Assembly: GCA_937898675.1 (NCBI GenBank)
Contig: CALEJB010000045.1
Span: 67,155 to 131,154, forward strand
From: an uncultured Prevotellaceae bacterium
GTDB lineage: Bacteria > Bacteroidota > Bacteroidia > Bacteroidales > Muribaculaceae
Direction: 5' to 3'
Length of the DNA: 64,000 nucleotides
Positions 42,284 to 52,265 of the stretch are shown one piece after another; positions within the stretch are counted from its first letter, which is position 1, and each line of letters opens with the position of its first letter. A program made the position numbers and the translations under genes. The notes below the pieces were generated by a model. It was not told where the DNA came from, did not search any database, and saw only the letters and a list, made by a program, of their open reading frames with translations.

Positions 42284-42961
42284 TTAGCGACGGGCGCCCT
42301 TGGCCATTACCAAGTAATAGATTAATGTAGCCAGCGAACCGATTGCGGCCACCACATAGGTGTAGGCGGCAGCGCGCAGCGCCTCCTTGGCCATGGGCAA
42401 CTGCTGCGCGCTGACATAGCCCGAGCCCTCGAGCCAGTTGATGGCGCGCCGGCTGGCATCGATCTCGACGGGCAAGGTCACAAAACTGAATGCCACCGTG
42501 GCGGCAAACAGGGCAATGGCGATGTAGAGGGGAATGGGGGTAAACGTGATGAGCGCGACGCCAATCATCAGCAGCCAACTCACGCTGTTGGACGCAAAGG
42601 AGACGAGGGGCACCATCTTGGAGCGCAAAACGAGCATGCTGTAGCCCGTCTTGTGCTGGACGGCATGTCCGCACTCGTGGGCCGCCACCGCTGCGGCAGC
42701 AATGCTGTTGGTGGCATAGACCGGCTCGCTCAAGTTCACCGTCTTGTTGGCGGGGTTGAAATGATCGGTCAACTGCCCGGCGACACTGGTCACGTTCACA
42801 TCATCGACGCCATTGTGCCGCAACATGGCCATAGCGATGTCGCGCCCGGCCATGGGAGCAGCCAGCGGGACCTTGCTATATTTGGCAAATTTTGAATTGA
42901 GGGAACTCTGAACGACAACGCTCAGCAAGGTGATTCCTCCAATAATAATCCAAATCCACAT
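42284..42961 (-). CDS. Membrane zinc metallopeptidase (YugP-like)
   Basis: LTDHFNP, AAHECGHAVQH, TLPVEIDAS and AAYTYV motifs. Confidence 0.9.
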   Translation of the reverse strand: MWIWIIIGGITLLSVVVQSSLNSKFAKYSKVPLAAPMAGRDIAMAMLRHNGVDDVNVTSVAGQLTDHFNPANKTVNLSEPVYATNSIAAAAVAAHECGHAVQHKTGYSMLVLRSKMVPLVSFASNSVSWLLMIGVALITFTPIPLYIAIALFAATVAFSFVTLPVEIDASRRAINWLEGSGYVSAQQLPMAKEALRAAAYTYVVAAIGSLATLIYYLVMAKGARR

Positions 42962-43214
42962 ATTTTTTTCAGTTTTTATTGTTTACCTTGGCATGGAATT
43001 TGTGATAAACCCATGACGGACGAAATCTGGCACGCAAAGTTACGGTTTTTTGTCCGCCCAACCGCCCAAAAGGCAAACAAAAGTACAAAAAAAAGAAAAA
43101 TGAAGACAAAATAATTTGGTAATTCAAAAAATGCCGTTACATTTGCGGCGCTAATTAATCAACAAACAGTTATTACATTTTTTATTAATCATTTAATTTT
43201 TAAGTTGTTTTATT

Positions 43215-43832
43215 ATGAAGAAGTTATTTATTATGTTTGCAGCCTGTGTAGCTGCCGTTTCGCTTGTAAGTTGCAACAGCTGCGACACCCAGAAGCCCGC
43301 CGAGGAGCAGAATGCCGTTGAGCAGACCGACACTGTTCTCACCGTTGAGAGCGCAACTCAGCAACTGATGGATGCCGCCGACGAGAATGCCGCCATGGGC
43401 CTGTTGGATGGCTGGAAGGCTAAAGCCGAGGAACTGCTCAAGGGCGGTGACCAGGAAGGCTACTTCAACATCATCAACATCATCAAGACCGTATGGGAAA
43501 ACAACAAGGAGGCTCTTGCCGCCAAGATTCCCGCTCTGACCGAGAAGATTGAGGGTTATGTTAACGTGCCCGACGAGATGAAGGAAGCATTTGACGGCTT
43601 TGTAAAGAACGCTGCTGCCAACGTGGCCGGCGCTGCCGAGGACGTCAAGGACCAGGCCGCTGAGACTGTTGACGCTGCCAAGGACAAGGTTGACGCTGTC
43701 AAGGAAGGCGCTAAGGATGCCGTTGAAAATGCCGCAGACAAGGCAAAAGAGGCTAAGGACAAGGCCGTTGACGCTGCCAAGGACAAGGCTGCCGAGGGTC
43801 TGAACAAGGCTGCCGAAGCCCTGAAGAAGTAA
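43215..43832 (+). CDS. Lipoprotein with Ala/Lys/Asp-rich repeated C-terminal helices
   Basis: Lipobox LVSC; repeated VDAAKDK units. Confidence 0.8.
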   Translation: MKKLFIMFAACVAAVSLVSCNSCDTQKPAEEQNAVEQTDTVLTVESATQQLMDAADENAAMGLLDGWKAKAEELLKGGDQEGYFNIINIIKTVWENNKEALAAKIPALTEKIEGYVNVPDEMKEAFDGFVKNAAANVAGAAEDVKDQAAETVDAAKDKVDAVKEGAKDAVENAADKAKEAKDKAVDAAKDKAAEGLNKAAEALKK

Positions 43833-43856
43833 GAATCGGACATTATCATCTAATAG

Positions 43857-43887
43857 GAGAGGCTGGCTCGCAATGAGTCAGCCTCTC
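43857..43887. terminator. Bidirectional terminator hairpin
   Basis: GAGAGGCTGGCTC / GAGTCAGCCTCTC between convergent genes. Confidence 0.7.
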
Positions 43888-43913
43888 GGTGTTTTTAGTA
43901 CCGTCAGACAAGA

Positions 43914-44411
43914 TTATCGGTGCTTTTGGAAAGCGAGGCGCTCGGCACCGTCGAGCAGGTAGATGATGCCGCAGTAGGCAAAGCCGTACTTGTCGATGAC
44001 ATGGCGCATAATGACATTGTCGCGGTGGGTGTCGATGCGCAGATTGCCAGCCACATTCATGCACCAGTCCATCACATCATTGAAGACACCGTGACTGGCC
44101 GCCGTGCTGGCCAAGCGGTGCACCACATGATAGGGTTCATCGTCGAGCCACTGGCCCTCGTAGATGCGTGCATAGGTGGGCTCAGGACTGGGGATGAAGG
44201 CAAACGAGGCGACAATGTCCCCACCCTGCTCCACACACAGGAAGCAATGGCCGTTGTTGATGTCTTCCTCTATAGCCTCGGCGCTGGGATAGCCACCCGT
44301 CCACTGGTCCATATTGCCGCACGAGCGCATGATGCCCCGCGCCTCGTCAACGAGGCGCATAATCACGGGGACATCCTGCAGCGTAGCGGGTCTGAAAGTT
44401 CGGCCTTGCAT
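43914..44411 (-). CDS. GNAT family N-acetyltransferase
   Basis: QWTGGYP, VVHRLAS and RIDTHRDN...GFAYCG motifs. Confidence 0.85.
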   Translation of the reverse strand: MQGRTFRPATLQDVPVIMRLVDEARGIMRSCGNMDQWTGGYPSAEAIEEDINNGHCFLCVEQGGDIVASFAFIPSPEPTYARIYEGQWLDDEPYHVVHRLASTAASHGVFNDVMDWCMNVAGNLRIDTHRDNVIMRHVIDKYGFAYCGIIYLLDGAERLAFQKHR

Positions 44412-44428
44412 CGACGGGATTGTTAGTA

Positions 44429-46522
44429 TTACTTCTTGATGCCGTCGCGCTGCATCATAGCGTCAATCTTGGGCTCACGTCCGCGGAAACGCTTGTAGAG
44501 CGTCATGGGAGCCTCGGTGGCGCCGCGCGAGAGCACATTGTCACGCCACAAAGCAGCGGTGGCGGGATTGAAGATGCCATCCTCCTTGAACTTGGAGAAC
44601 GCGTCACACTCAATCATCTCGCCCCACTTGTAACTATAGTAGCCAGCGGCATAGCCACCCGAGAAGATGTGAGTGAACTGCGGCGACATGATGCAGCCCT
44701 CGACGGGTTCAAAGGCCTGTACGCTCTTGAGCGCGTCATACTCAAACTTGAACGGGTCGCCGTTGAAAGGCTTGGTGATGTTGTGCCATGCCTGGTCGAT
44801 GAAGCCGAAGCCCAACTGGCGAATGCAAGCATAGGCAGCGCCATACTGCGACGAGGCAACGAGCTTGTCGATGAGGTCCTGGGGCACATTCTCGCCGGTG
44901 AGATAGTGGCGGGCAAAGCTGTCAAGGAACTCGCGCTCATACATATAATTCTCGTTGAACTGCGACGGCGCCTCGACAAAGTCGCGATAGACATTGGTGC
45001 CCGACAACGACACATGCTTGCACTGTGACAGCAGGCCGTGGAGGGCATGACCAAACTCGTGCATGAAGGTCTCGACCTCATAGAACGTGAGCAGCGACGG
45101 CTTGGTCTCGGTGGGACGGGTGAAGTTGAGCGTCAAGGTGACCAGCGGGCGCACATCATTGCCGTTGGCATCGACATACTGCTCGCGGAAAGCGGTCATC
45201 CAAGCGCCGCTCGACTTGGTGGCGCGGGGGAAAAAGTCCACATACAGCATGCCCACAAACTTGCCGCCCTCGTCGGTCACGTCATAGACCTCGACCTCGG
45301 GGTTGAACACCTGGGCATCATAGTTTTGAGTGAAATGCAGACCATACATCCTGGTGGCAAAGCCAAAGACGCCCTTGGTCACGGCGCCCAACTCAAAGTA
45401 AGGACGCAGCAACTCGTCGTTGACCTGGAACATCGAGTCCTTTTCCTTGTTGCTGTAGTAACTGTAGTCCCAGGGCATGATTTCAATCTTGGTCCCCTCA
45501 AGGTCGCTGGCAAACTTGGCCAAGCGCTCCATGTCCTTGCGCTCGACGGGCAGATAGGCGTCGCGCAGTTCGTTGAGCATCTTGTACACATTCTTGGGAT
45601 TCTCGGCCATGGTGTGCTGGAGCTGGTACTCAGCAAAACTCTTGCAGCCGAACAGTTGGGCAAATTCAAGCCTGGTGTTGGCGATGTCGCGCATCACTTC
45701 CAGGTTAGAATATTCGCCGCTGGTGCACTGCTGGTTATACATCTTGTACAACTTCTCGCGCAGGTCGCGGCGCGAGCTGTACTTCATGAACGCCTGATAA
45801 CTGGGGGCGTCGAGTGTGACGAGCCACTCACCGTCGCGGCCCTTCTCCTTGGCCGCCTGGCGGGCGGCGTCGATGGCACTCTCGGGCAGACCGTCAAGGT
45901 CATCGGCGGTGAGCCAGAGTTCGTAGCGCGGAGTCTCCTTGAGCGCATTTTGGTTGAACTTGAGCGTGAGTTCGGACAGGCGCTTGGTCAGTTCGCGGTA
46001 ACGGTCGCGGTCCTTGCCCTGCAGGTTGGCGCCACTGCGTACAAAACTGTCGTAGGTCTCGCTCAGCAGTTTCTGGTCCTCAACATCAAGAGCCTTCACA
46101 TTGCAGTTGTCATGCACATACTTCACACGCTTCCACAGGCCCTCGTTGAGGGTGATGCCGCTGCTGTGCTCGCTCAGCACGGGAGCCACGCGATTGCTCA
46201 CCTCGATGAGCGCATCGTCGGCATTGCACGACAACATGGGATAGAACACGCCCAGCACGCGGTTGAGCATGGCGCCAGCGCGGTCCAGCGCCACAATGGT
46301 ATTCTCAAAAGTCGGAGTCTCGGGATTGTCAACAATAGCATCAATCTCGGCATTGTGCTCCTTGATGGCCTCGTTGATAGCGGGCTCATAGTCGGCAACA
46401 GTGATGCGGTCAAACGGCACCATGCCGTTGGTCGTCTTAAACTCTTTCAAAAAAACATTGTCAGCTTTCATTGCTGTGATGCTTAAAATTAGTAAAACGG
46501 TTAATACGAAAATTTTCCTCAT
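44429..46522 (-). CDS. dcp: M3 family peptidyl-dipeptidase
   Basis: HEFGHALH, DFVEAPSQ and GGYAAGYYSYKW; signal peptide. Confidence 0.92.
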   Translation of the reverse strand: MRKIFVLTVLLILSITAMKADNVFLKEFKTTNGMVPFDRITVADYEPAINEAIKEHNAEIDAIVDNPETPTFENTIVALDRAGAMLNRVLGVFYPMLSCNADDALIEVSNRVAPVLSEHSSGITLNEGLWKRVKYVHDNCNVKALDVEDQKLLSETYDSFVRSGANLQGKDRDRYRELTKRLSELTLKFNQNALKETPRYELWLTADDLDGLPESAIDAARQAAKEKGRDGEWLVTLDAPSYQAFMKYSSRRDLREKLYKMYNQQCTSGEYSNLEVMRDIANTRLEFAQLFGCKSFAEYQLQHTMAENPKNVYKMLNELRDAYLPVERKDMERLAKFASDLEGTKIEIMPWDYSYYSNKEKDSMFQVNDELLRPYFELGAVTKGVFGFATRMYGLHFTQNYDAQVFNPEVEVYDVTDEGGKFVGMLYVDFFPRATKSSGAWMTAFREQYVDANGNDVRPLVTLTLNFTRPTETKPSLLTFYEVETFMHEFGHALHGLLSQCKHVSLSGTNVYRDFVEAPSQFNENYMYEREFLDSFARHYLTGENVPQDLIDKLVASSQYGAAYACIRQLGFGFIDQAWHNITKPFNGDPFKFEYDALKSVQAFEPVEGCIMSPQFTHIFSGGYAAGYYSYKWGEMIECDAFSKFKEDGIFNPATAALWRDNVLSRGATEAPMTLYKRFRGREPKIDAMMQRDGIKK

Positions 46523-46555
46523 AATAATATTGTTATTGATTAGTGTCGATATCAA

Positions 46556-49015
46556 TTACTCCAATTCGGCCACCGTGATGCCGGCACCGCCAAACTGCAC
46601 ATGCTCGTCGTGATAGCTCTTTACCCCGTTCACGCTGCCCAGATACTGCCTGATGGCCTCGCGCAGGGCGCCCGTGCCCGTGCCGTGCAAAATGCGCACG
46701 CGCTGGGCGCTGAACTGGATGGCATCGTCGATAAAATAGGTGATGGCCTGCAATGCCTCGTCGGCGCGCATGCCGCGCACGTCAATGTCGGGCTTGAAAT
46801 TGAGCTGGCGGGTCCGGATTTCGTCAGTGGTCTTCCGGGACAAGGACTCAACCTCCTTCTTTTTCTCCTTGCGCATCGTGCGCTCCACCTTGTCGGCCTC
46901 GATGCGCGTCTTGATGTTGCCGAAGGCCACCAGGGCGTACTTCTCGTCGATGCTGATGAGCGAGCCCACCGTGGAACTGCCCTTGATAACGACATTGTCG
47001 CCAGGCTGCAGCGGACGGTCCTTGGCCGGGGCCGCCTGCTTGCGAGCCGCCTGCTTGGGTTGCTGGCGGCGCTGAATGTGCTTGGGCTTGAGTTCCTTGA
47101 GGCGCTCGGGGTCAACGGCCTCCTCGGATTTGAGGCGCTGCTTGAACTCGTCAAGCTGGCGGCGCAATTCCTTGGTGCGCTCTTTCTCGGCCTGCCGCTC
47201 ACGGATTTCCTTGATAGTACGCTCGATTTGAGCATTGCTGTCCTTGAGGATTTCCTGTGCCTGGTCGCGAGCGTCGTGGATAATCTGCTTGTGCTCGGCG
47301 CGGATGTTCTCGAGGCGTTCTTCCAGGTCGGCCAGTTGGGCGTCGAGGCGCTTCTCCTTGGCGCGGATGTCCTGTCGCTTGTTTTCCCAGTAACGGCGGT
47401 CGCGCACGATGTCCAGCAGATATTTGTCCATGTTGACATAGTCGCTGCCCACAATCTCGCTTGCCTTATCGATTACCGAGGACGGCAGCCCCGTCTTGCG
47501 GGCAATCTCGATGGCAAACGAACTGCCCGGATAGCCCATCGACAACTGGAACAGCGGCTGCATGCGCTGGCGGTCGTAGAGCATGGCGCCGTTGACCACG
47601 CCCTCGGCCTCGTCGGCAAAATGCTTAAGATTCTGGTAATGTGTCGTGACCACACCGAACACCTTGCGTTCGTTTAACTGCTCGATGATGGCCTGTGCGA
47701 TAGCGCCGCCAATCTGCGGCTCGGTGCCGCTGCCCATCTCGTCGATGAGGATGAGCGTCTCGCGGCCTCCCTTGTGCAAGAACATCTTCATGTTCTGCAG
47801 GTGGCTGCTATAGGTGCTCAGGTCGTCCTCGATGCTCTGCTGGTCGCCGATGTCGATGAAAATGTCGTTGAACAGGCCCATGTGTGAGTTGTCCATCAGC
47901 GTTGGCAGCAAGCCGCACTGCATCATGTACTGCACGATGCCCACAGTCTTGAGGCACACCGACTTGCCACCGGCATTGGGGCCCGAAATCACAAGAATGC
48001 GGCAATCCTTGTTCAATGCGATATTGAGCGGCACCACGGTTTTGCCCTGACCGCGCAACGATAGCAGCAACGCAGGATGCACTGCCGAGTACCATTCCAC
48101 AACGGGCTTCTTGTCGATGTGGCACAAGCGGCCGCCCACATCCTGGGCCAGCAGCGCCTTGGCACGGATAAAGTCCAGCCTGCCCAGCGTGTCGAGCACG
48201 CCCGCCAAATCGTCGAGGTGCGGGCGAATCTGGTCGGTCACAGCGGTGAGTATGCGGATGATTTCGCGGGCAATCTCGGCCTCGGTCTCTCGGATGCGGT
48301 TGTTGGCCTCGACGATGGCATCGGGCTCGATAAACACCGTCTTGCCCGTAGCGCTCTCGTCATGCACGATGCCATGCAGTTTGCGCTTGTTCATGGCGCT
48401 CACGGGCAGCACCAGGCGGCCGTCGCGCAGCGAGGGCTGCACATCGGCGTCAAGGATGCCGTCCTGCTTGCCTTGAGAGATAATGCGGCGCAGGGTGCCG
48501 TTGATGCTGCTTGTGACGCGGGCAATGGAGGTGCGCAGTTCATGCAACCGCGGAGACGCTGTGTCCTTGATATTGCCGGTCTTGTCGAGCACGGCGCCGA
48601 TGGCGGCGCTCAACTCGGGAAACGCCTGCATGCCTGCGGTGAGTTCACGCAGGCGGGGATACGGCATATTGCCCTCACCGTCGGCAGCAAAGAAGCGAAC
48701 CACCTGGCTGACCGTTGTCAGCAGGCGCTGCAGGTCAAACAAATGCTCGGCGCTCAAGAACGTGCCGGGCGTTGAGGCCTCCTTGAAGACGACGCGCAGG
48801 TCGAAATAGTAACTCAACGGAAACTCCCTGCCCGTCTGCAAGATGGACAAGAACTCGTTGGTCTGCTCAAGCCAGCGCATCACCTCGTCGCGGCGCGTCG
48901 AGAAACGCAGGCGCGGCACATTGGCCGCACCGAGCGCAGACACACAGTGCCGCTCCAGTTCACGCCTAACAGCGTCAAAACCAATCTTTATCTCAAAGTT
49001 AGCGGGATAAATCAT
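46556..49015 (-). CDS. mutS2: Endonuclease MutS2 (Smr domain)
   Basis: GPNAGGKS, LSTYSSH and DEMGSGTEP; C-terminal LHGTGTGALR Smr domain. Confidence 0.95.
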   Translation of the reverse strand: MIYPANFEIKIGFDAVRRELERHCVSALGAANVPRLRFSTRRDEVMRWLEQTNEFLSILQTGREFPLSYYFDLRVVFKEASTPGTFLSAEHLFDLQRLLTTVSQVVRFFAADGEGNMPYPRLRELTAGMQAFPELSAAIGAVLDKTGNIKDTASPRLHELRTSIARVTSSINGTLRRIISQGKQDGILDADVQPSLRDGRLVLPVSAMNKRKLHGIVHDESATGKTVFIEPDAIVEANNRIRETEAEIAREIIRILTAVTDQIRPHLDDLAGVLDTLGRLDFIRAKALLAQDVGGRLCHIDKKPVVEWYSAVHPALLLSLRGQGKTVVPLNIALNKDCRILVISGPNAGGKSVCLKTVGIVQYMMQCGLLPTLMDNSHMGLFNDIFIDIGDQQSIEDDLSTYSSHLQNMKMFLHKGGRETLILIDEMGSGTEPQIGGAIAQAIIEQLNERKVFGVVTTHYQNLKHFADEAEGVVNGAMLYDRQRMQPLFQLSMGYPGSSFAIEIARKTGLPSSVIDKASEIVGSDYVNMDKYLLDIVRDRRYWENKRQDIRAKEKRLDAQLADLEERLENIRAEHKQIIHDARDQAQEILKDSNAQIERTIKEIRERQAEKERTKELRRQLDEFKQRLKSEEAVDPERLKELKPKHIQRRQQPKQAARKQAAPAKDRPLQPGDNVVIKGSSTVGSLISIDEKYALVAFGNIKTRIEADKVERTMRKEKKKEVESLSRKTTDEIRTRQLNFKPDIDVRGMRADEALQAITYFIDDAIQFSAQRVRILHGTGTGALREAIRQYLGSVNGVKSYHDEHVQFGGAGITVAELE

Positions 49016-49220
49016 CGTGCAAAGGTAGTGTTTTTTAGTCAAAAATATTATCGTTTTTGCATCTATATAAAAAAAATATCCTACATTTGCGGAATAGATT
49101 GAGCGACGCCACGGCAAAAACGGCGCGGGCAGGAATCCCGCCTCCCAGGACCTGGCCATGCACAATCATTGATGAAGCAATTAACCTAATATTATAACTT
49201 ATACTACCAAAACATTGATT

Positions 49221-50426
49221 ATGAAGAAAATCTTATTCACAATGCTTGCCGGTTTCGTTGCACTCAACGTGTTTGCCGACAGCAAGGTCGTTAATCCCGA
49301 CAGCACTGGATTCAAGTTTACCGACGTCAAGGTCATCAAGCACACCCCCGTGAAGGACCAGAACAAGAGCGGCACGTGCTGGTGCTACTCGACCAACTCC
49401 TTCTTTGAGGACGAAATCCTGCGCATCACGGGCAAGGAAGTCCACCTGAGCGAAGGCTTCGTGGTCAACCACTGCTACTATGACAAGGCCATCAAGTATG
49501 TGCGCATGGACGGAGAAATCAACTTTGCTGAGGGCGGCGCCGCCGAGGATGTGCCCTATGTATGGCGCAACTACGGCATGGTGCCCAACGAGGTTTACAC
49601 CGGCATGACCTATGGTGACAAGAAGTTTGACTCCAGTGAGCTCACCGCATTGCTCAAGGGCTATGTGGGCGTGGTGAATCAGCGCAAGCTCAAAAAGCTC
49701 ACCCCCGCGTGGGTCGATGGCCTGAAAGGCATCCTTGACGGCTACATGGGCAAGATGCCCGAGGAATTCGTGTGGGAAGGCAAGAAATACACCCCGCAGA
49801 CCTGGGCCGCATCGCTGGGCGTCAACCTTGATGACTATGTGCCCATCTGCTCGTTCAGCCACCACCCCTACTACCAGCCGTTCATCCTTGAGGTTGCCGA
49901 CAACTGGCTGTGGTCCAGTTACCAGAATGTGCCCATCGACGAACTCATGGAAATCGCCAACAACGCCATCGACAACGGCTACACCATCGCATGGGGCGCC
50001 GACGTGAGCGAGAAGGGGTTCAAGTGGGCCAATGGCTATGCCATCCTTCCCGTGAAGAAGGATGTTCCCGACAGCGAGGGCACCGACATGGCCCGCTGGG
50101 CACACATGAACGACAAGGACCGCGAGGCTGAACTGTGGGACATCAAGGGCCCGGTTAAGGAGCAGTGGGTCAGCCAGGAGGAGCGCCAGGAGATGTTTGA
50201 CAACAAGGAGACCACCGACGACCACGGCATGGTGATCATGGGCAAGGCCGTTGACCAGGAAGGCAACAAGTACTTCAAGGTGCAGAACAGTTGGGACACC
50301 AACCAACTGTATGACGGCTACTTCTACTGCAGCGAGGCCTTCTTCCGCGCCAAGACGATGAACATCCTGGTGCACAAGGACGCCATCCCCGCCAACATTG
50401 CTAAGAAGATGGGCATCAAGAAGTGA
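49221..50426 (+). CDS. C1B cysteine aminopeptidase (PepC/bleomycin hydrolase family)
   Basis: QNKSGTCW, DDHGM and VQNSW motifs; signal peptide. Confidence 0.92.
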   Translation: MKKILFTMLAGFVALNVFADSKVVNPDSTGFKFTDVKVIKHTPVKDQNKSGTCWCYSTNSFFEDEILRITGKEVHLSEGFVVNHCYYDKAIKYVRMDGEINFAEGGAAEDVPYVWRNYGMVPNEVYTGMTYGDKKFDSSELTALLKGYVGVVNQRKLKKLTPAWVDGLKGILDGYMGKMPEEFVWEGKKYTPQTWAASLGVNLDDYVPICSFSHHPYYQPFILEVADNWLWSSYQNVPIDELMEIANNAIDNGYTIAWGADVSEKGFKWANGYAILPVKKDVPDSEGTDMARWAHMNDKDREAELWDIKGPVKEQWVSQEERQEMFDNKETTDDHGMVIMGKAVDQEGNKYFKVQNSWDTNQLYDGYFYCSEAFFRAKTMNILVHKDAIPANIAKKMGIKK

Positions 50427-50667
50427 CGGCCCATTTTTCCCTCATTGGCTCACGCTATTCATCTTTTGACCATCGAGTTATCACGAGTGAAACGAAAGAC
50501 ATTGCGCAGCCAAGCATAACACATGGCCTGCATACCGGTTTGGGTTTGCAGGCTATTTTTGTTCAAAAAAAACCGCGGGCAAAAGCAGATGTCTGAAAAC
50601 TTTTCAGTACCTTTGTATCGCAATCAACCCTAACATCAATCATCAACAATTAACACATTTATTGATA

Positions 50668-51042
50668 ATGAAAGCATTAAACACAGACAAGGCGCCCGCC
50701 GCCATCGGTCCTTACAGCCAGGCCATCCGCACCGGCAACATCGTTTTTGTTTCGGGCCAGCTGCCCATCAATCCCGCCACCGGGTCATTCCCCGAGGGAG
50801 GCGTCCAGGAACAGACCCGCCAGAGCCTGCTCAACGCCCGCGCCATCTTGCAGAGCGAAGGCCTGGACCTGTGCAACGTGGTCAAGACTACCGTGCTGCT
50901 GAGCGACATCGCCAACTTTGGGCCCATGAACGAGATTTACAGCGAGTTCTTCACCCAGCCGTTCCCCGCCCGCAGCGCCTTTGCTGTGCGCGACCTGCCC
51001 AAGGGCGCCCTGGTTGAGATAGAACTCATCGCCGAGGCATAA
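50668..51042 (+). CDS. ridA: RidA family enamine/imine deaminase
   Basis: APAAIGPYSQA, SGQLP, PARSA and LPKGALVEIE motifs. Confidence 0.93.
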   Translation: MKALNTDKAPAAIGPYSQAIRTGNIVFVSGQLPINPATGSFPEGGVQEQTRQSLLNARAILQSEGLDLCNVVKTTVLLSDIANFGPMNEIYSEFFTQPFPARSAFAVRDLPKGALVEIELIAEA

Positions 51043-51093
51043 TGCAAGGCAAAATCTTGGGACAGGCGTTTCATCACTGTTAACGGCACCCTC

Positions 51094-52140
51094 ATGGCAG
51101 TCAAGAAAGAATCGGTGACATTTACCTCGCTGAAGAAGGAAATTGGCGGCGGCAAGTTCCGCAACATCTATGTCTTGCAGGGCGAAGAGCCCTACTACAT
51201 CGACCATCTGCAGCAACTGATTATCGACAGCGCGCTGACCGAGGACCAGCGCGACTTTAACCTGTCGCTGTATTACGGCAACACCGCCAACGTGAGGGAG
51301 GTCGTCAGCGCGTGCCGGCAGTACCCGGCATTCAGCGAGTACAAGGTGGTGGTCGTGCGGGAGGCGCAGCTCATCGCCAAGCAGCCGGGACACAAGAACG
51401 ACCTCGACATCTTTGCCTCCTATGCCGAGAAGCCGCTGCCATCGACGATACTGGTCATCTGCCACAAGGGGGCAACGCTCAAGAGCAAGCCCTTTACCGA
51501 TGCGCTGAAGGCCAACAAAGGCGCAGGCGTCATCTTTGACTCCAACAAGGTGAAACAGGGCCGCGACCTCGACGCGCTCATCACCACCTATGCCAACTCG
51601 CTGGGCTGCAACATCGACATGAAGGCGACGCGCATGCTGGCCGACCACATTGGCACCGACATCGCTCGGCTGTTCAGCGAACTCGACAAGTTGTCGATAG
51701 TTGCCGACAGCAAGAACATCACGCCCGCCCTCATCGAGCATAACATCGGCATCAGCAAGGATTTCAACAACTTTGAGCTGGAGGACGCGCTTGCGCGGCG
51801 CGACGCTGCCAAGGCGTTCCGCATCGTGGACTACTACGAGCGCAACCCCAAGAACAACCCGCTGGCACCGACCATCGCCCTGCTGTATTCATTCTTCTCC
51901 AGCGTGCTGCTGGCGGCCACCGCCGCCGACAAGTCGCAAGGCGGCATCGCCGCGGCGCTGGGCACATCGCCATGGCGGGCGGGCAAGTTCTGCGACGCCA
52001 CACGCCAGTACAGCACGCGCGGCCTGGTCAACATCATCGGCTACCTGCGCGAGTGCGACACCAGCAGCAAGGGCATCGGCTCCCGCCAAGACCAGTATGC
52101 CCTGCTCAAGGAACTGGTGTATAAGATACTGCACTCCTGA
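51094..52140 (+). CDS. holA: DNA polymerase III delta subunit
   Basis: YVLQGEEPYYID, VVVREAQ and IGISKDFNNFEL motifs. Confidence 0.93.
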   Translation: MAVKKESVTFTSLKKEIGGGKFRNIYVLQGEEPYYIDHLQQLIIDSALTEDQRDFNLSLYYGNTANVREVVSACRQYPAFSEYKVVVVREAQLIAKQPGHKNDLDIFASYAEKPLPSTILVICHKGATLKSKPFTDALKANKGAGVIFDSNKVKQGRDLDALITTYANSLGCNIDMKATRMLADHIGTDIARLFSELDKLSIVADSKNITPALIEHNIGISKDFNNFELEDALARRDAAKAFRIVDYYERNPKNNPLAPTIALLYSFFSSVLLAATAADKSQGGIAAALGTSPWRAGKFCDATRQYSTRGLVNIIGYLRECDTSSKGIGSRQDQYALLKELVYKILHS

Positions 52141-52159
52141 GTAGATTCTCGACTATTAA

Positions 52160-52203
52160 AAAAAAAGCATCTGTTAATTTTCGTGCAAACAGATGCTTTT
52201 TTT
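52160..52203. terminator. Terminator after holA
   Basis: AAAGCATCTGTT / AACAGATGCTTT flanked by poly-A and poly-T. Confidence 0.8.
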
Positions 52204-52265
52204 GTTTTGCAAATATTGCAATTATGTGTAATTTTGTGATTGTGTTATTATAAATTTCTGCAACG

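Noticed and set aside
49085..49170. GC-rich mini-hairpins upstream of the C1 peptidase as a riboswitch
   Set aside because: Only short stems (GCGGG/CCCGC) and no aptamer consensus I can recognise.
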